Positions 62,136 to 64,000 of a DNA stretch of 64,000 bases are shown here, piece after piece. Made by a program: the position numbers and the translations under genes. The stretch lies in assembly GCA_001443485.1 (NCBI GenBank), contig LDXQ01000003.1, positions 20,473-84,472 on the forward strand. Direction: 5' to 3'. Origin of the DNA: Candidatus Sysuimicrobiota bacterium CSP1-3. GTDB taxonomy: Bacteria > Sysuimicrobiota > Sysuimicrobiia > Sysuimicrobiales > Humicultoraceae. The first letter of the stretch is position 1, and each line of letters opens with the position of its first letter. The notes beneath the pieces are model-generated. The model saw only the letters and a program-made list of their open reading frames with translations, was not told the DNA's origin and did not search any database.

Positions 62136-64000
62136 ATGCGCCGCCGACTGCTCATCCTGACAGCCGTCCTCTTCCTGATCGCGGGCGCGGCCTACCTCTA
62201 CGTGGCCTCGGGCCGGCTGCACCAGCGCGTCCGCCTGGCGCTGGAGGCCGCGGCGGGACGGCAGTTCCACCGCCAGACGCGCATCGCCGCCCTCCGCGGG
62301 GATCCGCTGCAGGGCCTCGTCCTGGAGGGTGTGGCTGTCGCCCGCGGGGAGCGGCTGGCTGAAGGGACGATCGTCACCGCCGATCAGATTGCCGTCCGCT
62401 TCCGCCCCGTCGCCCTACTGGGCGACCTGCTCCGGCGGCGCGGCGCGCTGCGCAGCATCGCCGAGATCACGCTGGTCCGTCCGGAGATCAGCCTCGAGAT
62501 CTCGTCCGCCGGACACTGGAACGTGTTCGATCTCTTCGCTCGGCCGGGCGAACCCTCCGCCGCCCCCGCCGCGTTCACGCCGGTGGTGACGCTGGTGGAT
62601 GGGCGCGTGACCGTTACCGATTTCTCCGGGCCGCCCCATCCCTTCCGCGCGCGCTTGGTCGAAGTAAACGGACGGGCGGACCTCCGCCGGGCTCCCGCGG
62701 TGCGGCTGGCGTTCGACCTGGTCAGCGGGCATGACGACCGGCGCACGCCCATCACCGTTCGGGGGAAGTACCTCCTGGACCGGGCGACGCTCGACGTCGA
62801 CTTGGCCGCGGCGGGCGCGCCGCTGCAGCAGTGGGGACCGTATCTGGTGCGCACGGAGGGGCTGGTCTTCGAAGATGGAACCGCGGACGCGGACGTGCAC
62901 CTGCTGAGCGCCCCCTGGGGCGCCCACCGGGCGCTGGACTTCCAGGGTACGGTGCGGCTGGCCGGCGGCGCGGCGACACTGCTGCCGCAGCGGGCCCACC
63001 TGCGGGACGTGCGGGGGCTGCTCCGCGTGGACAACCTGCGCCTCCAGACCGACGACCTGCGCCTGAGCGTCGACGGGTCTCCGCTGCGCGTGCGCGGGGA
63101 GATGACGCTGCAGTTCGGTCGCCTGCTGGACCTGGCGGTGACCTCGCCGCAGCTGGATCTGGCCACGGTGCAGCGCCTGCTCTTCCCCGGGTCCGGGATC
63201 CGGCTGGAGGGGACGACGGGCGCGGACATCCGCGTGTCCGGTCCCTGGTCCGCGCTGGCGGTGGACGGGACCATCTCCCATGCCCGCGGCATGATCAACC
63301 AGCAACCACTCAACGTCGAGTCGTCGGGGTTGACCCTGGTGGGTGACCTCCTGATCTTCGACGACTTCAGGGCGGCGGCGGAAGGCGCCCGCATGCGCGG
63401 CGATCTCCGGCTGACCCTGGGGCGGGGGGACATCCTCCTGGCGGCGGAGGGCGAAAACGTGCTCCCGGAGATGCTGCGCCGGGGCGGGCTGCCGCTGCAA
63501 CTGCCGGTGCGCGGCCGGCTCAATGGGAGCGTCGCGCTCGCCCGCACCGCGGATGCGCTCAGCGCGGAAACCACGGCCGCGATGGGCGCGGGGCGCGCCG
63601 GGATCTTTCAGGTGGACCACCTGCGCACCGGCGGATGGTACGAAAACGGGGAGATCGTGTTCCCCTATCTCGTTGCCGGCCGGAAGGCGACGACCGTGCA
63701 CGCCTCAGGCACCGTCTCCCGCCGCGGACGGCTGGACATCGATGCCGCGGGCACCGCGCTGGATCTGCGCGCGGTGGCGCGGGAGGTCGGGCTGACACCG
63801 CGCGTCCAGGGCACGGTGGACGCCGAGGGACGGATCAGCGGCACGCTGGCGCAGCCGGTCTTCGACGGCACCACGGCTTCCGGGCCGGGGCGTCTGGAGT
63901 CGCTGGAGTTCGACAGTGCGGAGGGACCGCTGCAGTTATCGCGGCAATCGCTGACCACCCCCGGCGTGCTGCTGCGAGAGGGCCAGGGCACGTACCTCGT
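62136..64000 (+). CDS. TamB/AsmA-like translocation-and-assembly-module protein (partial, continues past the window end)
   Basis: ATG 62136 gives MRRRLLILTAVLFLIAGAAYLYV (a TM anchor). More than 600 aa follow of repetitive beta-rich sequence (LxLxGxV, DLRLSVDGSPLRVRGEM) typical of AsmA/TamB. It is not in the ORF track because there is no stop in the window. Confidence 0.65.
   Translation, partial: MRRRLLILTAVLFLIAGAAYLYVASGRLHQRVRLALEAAAGRQFHRQTRIAALRGDPLQGLVLEGVAVARGERLAEGTIVTADQIAVRFRPVALLGDLLRRRGALRSIAEITLVRPEISLEISSAGHWNVFDLFARPGEPSAAPAAFTPVVTLVDGRVTVTDFSGPPHPFRARLVEVNGRADLRRAPAVRLAFDLVSGHDDRRTPITVRGKYLLDRATLDVDLAAAGAPLQQWGPYLVRTEGLVFEDGTADADVHLLSAPWGAHRALDFQGTVRLAGGAATLLPQRAHLRDVRGLLRVDNLRLQTDDLRLSVDGSPLRVRGEMTLQFGRLLDLAVTSPQLDLATVQRLLFPGSGIRLEGTTGADIRVSGPWSALAVDGTISHARGMINQQPLNVESSGLTLVGDLLIFDDFRAAAEGARMRGDLRLTLGRGDILLAAEGENVLPEMLRRGGLPLQLPVRGRLNGSVALARTADALSAETTAAMGAGRAGIFQVDHLRTGGWYENGEIVFPYLVAGRKATTVHASGTVSRRGRLDIDAAGTALDLRAVAREVGLTPRVQGTVDAEGRISGTLAQPVFDGTTASGPGRLESLEFDSAEGPLQLSRQSLTTPGVLLREGQGTYL

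Noticed and set aside
62384-63701. Two minus-strand ORFs of 396 and 428 aa
   Set aside because: They are antisense to the TamB/AsmA-like reading frame, which has a TM anchor and continuous beta-rich repeats. Both are shadow ORFs.
1-64000. Search by eye for CRISPR arrays, IS elements/transposases, integrases, toxin-antitoxin pairs, rRNA and known defence-system signatures
   Set aside because: None was found. There are no regularly spaced repeats and no DDE, tyrosine- or serine-recombinase motifs. The only mobile-element-like signal is the att-like repeat pair at tRNA-Gln.

Overview
This 64-kb window comes from a high-GC bacterial chromosome (about 70% by eye). It is almost entirely coding: about 68 protein genes and one tRNA-Gln(UUG). 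I found no rRNA, CRISPR array, transposase or integrase. Stop codons are rare at this GC content, so the six-frame track is full of long antisense and alternate-frame ORFs. I kept only frames with recognisable family motifs and trimmed many starts to internal ATG/GTG codons.

The content is mainly housekeeping and metabolic:
- Peptidases: M17, three M20, S41 and an S55-like protein.
- Adenine deaminase, speH, a cold-shock protein, AlaX and two tandem Fpg/Nei glycosylases.
- CcdA, TrpB2, and a fur/FTR1 divergent pair.
- A one-directional cluster of TetR, KASIII-like, acyl-CoA ligase, hydrolase, LivJHMGF-type ABC transporter and MaoC.
- glmU-prs-tagO/wecA-wecB, and a partial TamB/AsmA-like protein at the right edge.

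The most interesting locus is 42,988-50,252. It is a tightly overlapping operon that combines three parts:
- A CysO-like sulfur carrier (GG followed by a 9-residue tail), a CysM-like synthase and a JAMM protease.
- CBS plus cystathionine gamma-lyase/synthase.
- An embedded ParB/Srx-fold protein resembling SbnI/SerK free-serine kinases.

This operon is followed by an Fe-S-type Rrf2 regulator and a SigR/RsrA-like sigma/anti-sigma pair.

The second notable locus is a low-GC islet of about 3.3-4 kb directly downstream of tRNA-Gln. It is bounded by a 13-bp perfect (about 32-bp imperfect) direct repeat that looks like a decayed tRNA 3' end. No integrase remains.

Smaller observations:
- Two short gene relics: an internally deleted thioesterase and a VOC C-terminus.
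- An M17 aminopeptidase with no stop codon at its expected end.
- A bacterial DRG-like GTPase with a DLPP G3 motif.
- A KASIII-like enzyme with His in place of the catalytic Asn.
- A possibly permuted S55 peptidase.

All family calls are from reading motifs by eye. No searches were run.
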